A stretch of 64,000 nt of DNA from Amoebidium appalachense (taxonomy: Eukaryota; Protista; Ichthyosporea), in contig CAVNZM010000001.1 in assembly GCA_963693365.1 (NCBI GenBank), forward strand, positions 15,610,418-15,674,417, in the 5' to 3' direction. Below the pieces are notes generated by a model. The model was not told the DNA's origin. It did no database searches and saw only the letters and a list, made by a program, of their open reading frames with translations. Shown piece after piece: positions 59,766 to 64,000 of this stretch. A program made the position numbers and the translations under genes. Positions within the stretch are counted from its first letter, which is position 1. The number at the start of each line of letters is the position of its first letter.

Positions 59766-61242
59766 CGTGGCCAATCACGTGCGTGTGTTCACGTGTTTTG
59801 CACGTGTTCATGCACACAGTATAAAAGTAGCGCCACTGACCCAAGGCGGTTGTGGTGCAAGAAGTGAATGTAGGCGAACTTTGAAAGAAGAAGGATGATG
59901 GGATGAGGTTAGGGAGAGTTAATGGGGCTAAGATGTCGAGAGGAAGAATAAGGTCGGCAGGAGTATTTGTAGAAGCCAAACGACCAACGCTGTTTGATGG
60001 AAACTCCGAGTCAGAATTCATACATTCCTCGCTTAATTCCTCTCATACACCCAACAAACATAGCCCCCCCCCCCTCCCCCCCCCCCCCCCCCCCCCCCAA
60101 CAAACACACACGCACACACACTACCCACCCCGGGCAACCCAACCCCCACCCACCCACAAAAAAAAAAAAAAAAAAAAAAAAAAACATTCCCCTGGGGCAC
60201 ACTGTTGCTCTATTATGTGTCGGACATTGTGTCCAGGTGCTCCTCACGTGTGTGTTCGTCTGAATAATTTTTCAAAGTTCCATTAAAATCCAAAAACACT
60301 CTACTTTTTTCCATTCATTAATGATTCCACGTTCCTAAACCCTCTGATAGTGTAGAAGACACTGAACCCCCTCCCTCCCTCCCTCCCCCCCACCTTCCCC
60401 CCTCCCCCCTCTCCCCCCGGCCCCCCCAGCCCCCAATACACTTCAACACACACACGCACACACACATAACCCACCACCACCACCACCACCACCATGCCAC
60501 ACACACAACATCACCACCTCCATCACCACCACCACCACAATATAAATCTAAAAAATAAAAAGAAAGAAAGAAAGAAAGAAACTTCGTTATCCCCCAGGCA
60601 TTTCTTTTGGCCACTATAACCTTCTCTCTACAACAATTCCATTTAGAAACATTGTTTTTTCCCTTTTTTTTTTGGTTTTACAACCCTCCCCCCACACCTC
60701 ACACCCTCCGTCCCTCCCCCCTCCCCCCCCCCCCCCCCCCCCCCCCCCCTTCCCCTCCGGCGCAAAAAAAGGAAAAGGGAGAAAGACCACGAAGAAGGGC
60801 GGAAGGGGGGGGGGGGGGGGGGTTGGGGCACAAAGGTGAAAAGCAAAACAAGTTGCGAGGGAGAACAAGAGAGAAGAATTAACGCATACCAAGGAAAGAG
60901 TTCACCCTGTAAGCCCCCTTTTCTCAGCTAGTACACATTGACTCAATGAACACGCCAAGAAACGCAACCCCTTGCCAACACCTTTTCGTTTTACCGACAT
61001 CATTGCAACCAAAAGAAAAACACCTTCCCTTCCTCTCCCTCCCCCCCTTGCCCCCCCTACCCCGCCCCCCCTCCCCTTCATAGAACCCCGCTCCCATTTA
61101 CACTAAGCACCGTGATCCTCGGGCTTGGTGACACCACTCCCTCCCTCTCAGGCACTTACCCTCCCTCCCTCTCTCTCTATTGCTCTCTCTCTTCTCTCAC
61201 GCACTCACTTGCTCTCTCTCCCTCCCTCCCTCCCTCCCTCCC

Positions 61243-61277
<35 letters not shown>

Positions 61278-61419
61278 TCGTTCTCGCTGACTCAATCACT
61301 CACTACACGCACACAAACCCTCTCTCCCCTTCCCTTTCCCTCGTCACTCTACCTCTCTCCCTCCCCCTCCCAACGCCTTCCCTCCCCCCTTCCTCTCTCC
61401 CCCCTCCCTTTCCCTCTCT

Positions 61420-61506
<87 letters not shown>

Positions 61507-61520
61507 CCCCCCCCCCCCCC

Positions 61521-61560
<40 letters not shown>

Positions 61561-61564
61561 CTCC

Positions 61565-61645
<81 letters not shown>

Positions 61646-61726
61646 CTCCCTCCCCTCTCCCTTTCTCCCTCTCCCTCCCTCCCCCCACCGCTCCCTCTCC
61701 CCCCCCCCCCCCCCTTCCTCTCTCCT

Positions 61727-61758
<32 letters not shown>

Positions 61759-62841
61759 CCCTCTCCCCCCCTCCCCTCTCCCCCCCATGATTCCTCCCTT
61801 GCCATTGATATCATGGATAGACATCAGCACACGCCTGCACCTACGATCGCCCCCAGACAGGGCGAAAAAGTGATGCATGTGAGCAGTAAGTGTTCCCCTG
61901 CGGTGGTTGCCTACCTCTGAATGTTCCCCGTGCGGAATTCAGAAATCGGCTGGGGTCGGCTGTGGCTACAGACGCATCCATATGCGTTTCAAGTGCACCA
62001 AAATAGTAATAAAATATGAATTCAACAAAGAGCTTATTAACTGATTTAAGGTTTTCACTAAAAATTTGGGTCGTACGCGTAGGAAATGGTGGGTGGTGAT
62101 GATCGATCAGCTGGTCTCACAATGGCCCACATATATCGAGAGATATCCGTAGAACTATCCCAGGAAGTTGTGAAATATTTCAATAAGAAAGGGAAAAAGT
62201 GTTTTCCGAGACCATGCCGCGCCCCAGGTTTGAAAGTATAAGACTTCTGTTTTACATATCATATCGAAAAACCTGGAGCTCAACTCTAAATACTTTGTAA
62301 CATATGGCATACATATGGGGATCGACATATCAGTCTCTGGTATAGCGTTTTGAATTTGTATATCCCCTCATTGTAATATCAGGTGCAAGATACGTCCGGA
62401 TATTACTTGAATATCAACTTAAGGACAAATATGGTATTGTTGCACCCCCCTCCCCCCCAAACCCCAACCCCAACCGGTACCCTAACCCCACCGTTTTCCT
62501 GTTCTTAAGGTTCCCGCGGGACTCTTGGTTTTTACTCGTACTGCCGTCGGACGCTCTTGTGTCTGTATGTGTGCGTGTGTGTACACGTGCACGGCACGTA
62601 CACACGTGCACGTGCACGTGTGTTTATGTGTGGGTATGTACATGTATGTATGTGTGTGTGGGGGGGGGGGGGCACGGGGGGGGAGGGGGGGTGGACGGTC
62701 CTGGGGGGGGGGGGGGGGGAGGGGGGGGGGAGGGGGGGGGGGGGAGGGTGGGGAGAGGGCAAATAGAATGATGGATGTACGTAAAGAATATGGGTATAGT
62801 GGTGGTGGTTTATTTTTGTTAAGACTTTTTGGTTGTTGTAG

Positions 62842-62877
<36 letters not shown>

Positions 62878-63406
62878 CCCCCCCCCCCCCCCCGGGGGGG
62901 GAGGGGAGGGGGGGCATAACATGTTTACGTTCAAAAAAATCAAATTTATAATGAGATTGGGAGTGGTTGTGGCCGTGTGGATGTATGGGGGATTTGTTAT
63001 TTACGTGTCGGTGATTTTAGCAGCTACTATTGTTGGAGGCAAGGGGTTAAGGGGTTTGCGGGATTCAGCAGGCGGGCGGGCGCGCAGAGTAGCAGAGGGA
63101 GGCGGGGAGGGGGGGAGGGGAGGGGGGGGGGGAGGAGAGGGAGGGGAGGGGTCAGGGGTCAAATGAATGGTTTCGACCTCCAAAGCCGTGAGGTGCCGTT
63201 GCGTGTGCAGAATTATCCCCCCGCAGATTAATCCCCCCCCCCCCCCCCCCCCCTCCCCCCCCCTCCCCCCCCCGGCTGCCGCCACCGCCACCACCACCAC
63301 GAGTGTGCAAGTGTGCGGGCGCGCGCACGTGTGTCTGTGGGTGTGCGTGGCTGGGCGTGTGTGTGTGTGGGGGGGTGAATGAGAATGTAAGCTGGTGTGC
63401 AAGTGT

Positions 63407-63454
<48 letters not shown>

Positions 63455-64000
63455 GTGCATACGTGCGTGTGTGCATTTGTGTTGAATGCGCTCGTGTGTG
63501 TGTTCGCCCGCTTATGTTGATGTATGTGTGTGCGTATGTGTGCAACTTGTGTGCGTGTGTGGTGTGTTTTTCTGTGCATCATTTCGTGTCTGAGTCAACT
63601 AAAGAAATATCGGAACCGTACTGCAAAATGTGTTCCAGATGCCATCTAGCTAACGTGATTTTTCGTTTTCAAATTTTAATGCAGTGCATCCATTGGCACC
63701 GCTATGGCCCCCGAACACAGTTCTTGGGCAGTGGGTACTATCCCACACAGTAATTTCAATCTATGTATCCATACGAGGTAAAATACGTGCTGTTAGATAT
63801 TTGCAAACCTACAAGGCCGCACTCAGAATTCTCTAAACGAAAGAAACAAGAAGACTATTGCTCAGATCAACCAATCGGAAACAACCATACTAATTTCATG
63901 GTGAAAAGCACAAGTAAGCTCTCACACACTATTCGAATCCCCTAACAAAATTCCAAATTTCGCTTGTCTACCCACTAGTATATCTATGCAGCCTGGGTAG

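Noticed and set aside
59896-64000. Possible plus-strand gene divergent from the methyltransferase
   Set aside because: Only short unique islands are present, with no recognisable motifs or phase-consistent exon chain.

Overview
This is eukaryotic nuclear DNA with intron-rich genes. The introns are packed with poly(G)/poly(C), (CA)n/(GT)n and (CT)n tracts, so most ORFs in the supplied track are low-complexity artefacts. By manual GT-AG splicing I reconstruct six recognisable genes: (1) a minus-strand receptor (ATG 18101, running off the left edge) with a signal peptide, a bacterial-type sugar solute-binding domain, a Cys-rich linker and class-C-like 7TM helices; (2) a TesB-like acyl-CoA thioesterase; (3) an intronless Smaug/Vts1-type SAM protein with a PAM2-like motif and two Smaug-recognition-element hairpins in its own 3' UTR; (4) a 12-exon MPP-beta/cytochrome bc1 Core-1 protein with a degenerate Zn motif; (5) a GC-rich, frameshifted choloylglycine-hydrolase (Ntn) gene; (6) an RRM plus TGS1-like methyltransferase. 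Mobile DNA includes nested PIF/Harbinger elements and a MITE. The most unusual item is a dispersed repeat of about 9 copies, all in one orientation. It has a fixed 3' end abutting poly(C) and a roughly 160-nt multibranch RNA fold supported by compensatory and G-U changes. The organism cannot be determined here; a unicellular opisthokont or other protist is an inference only.
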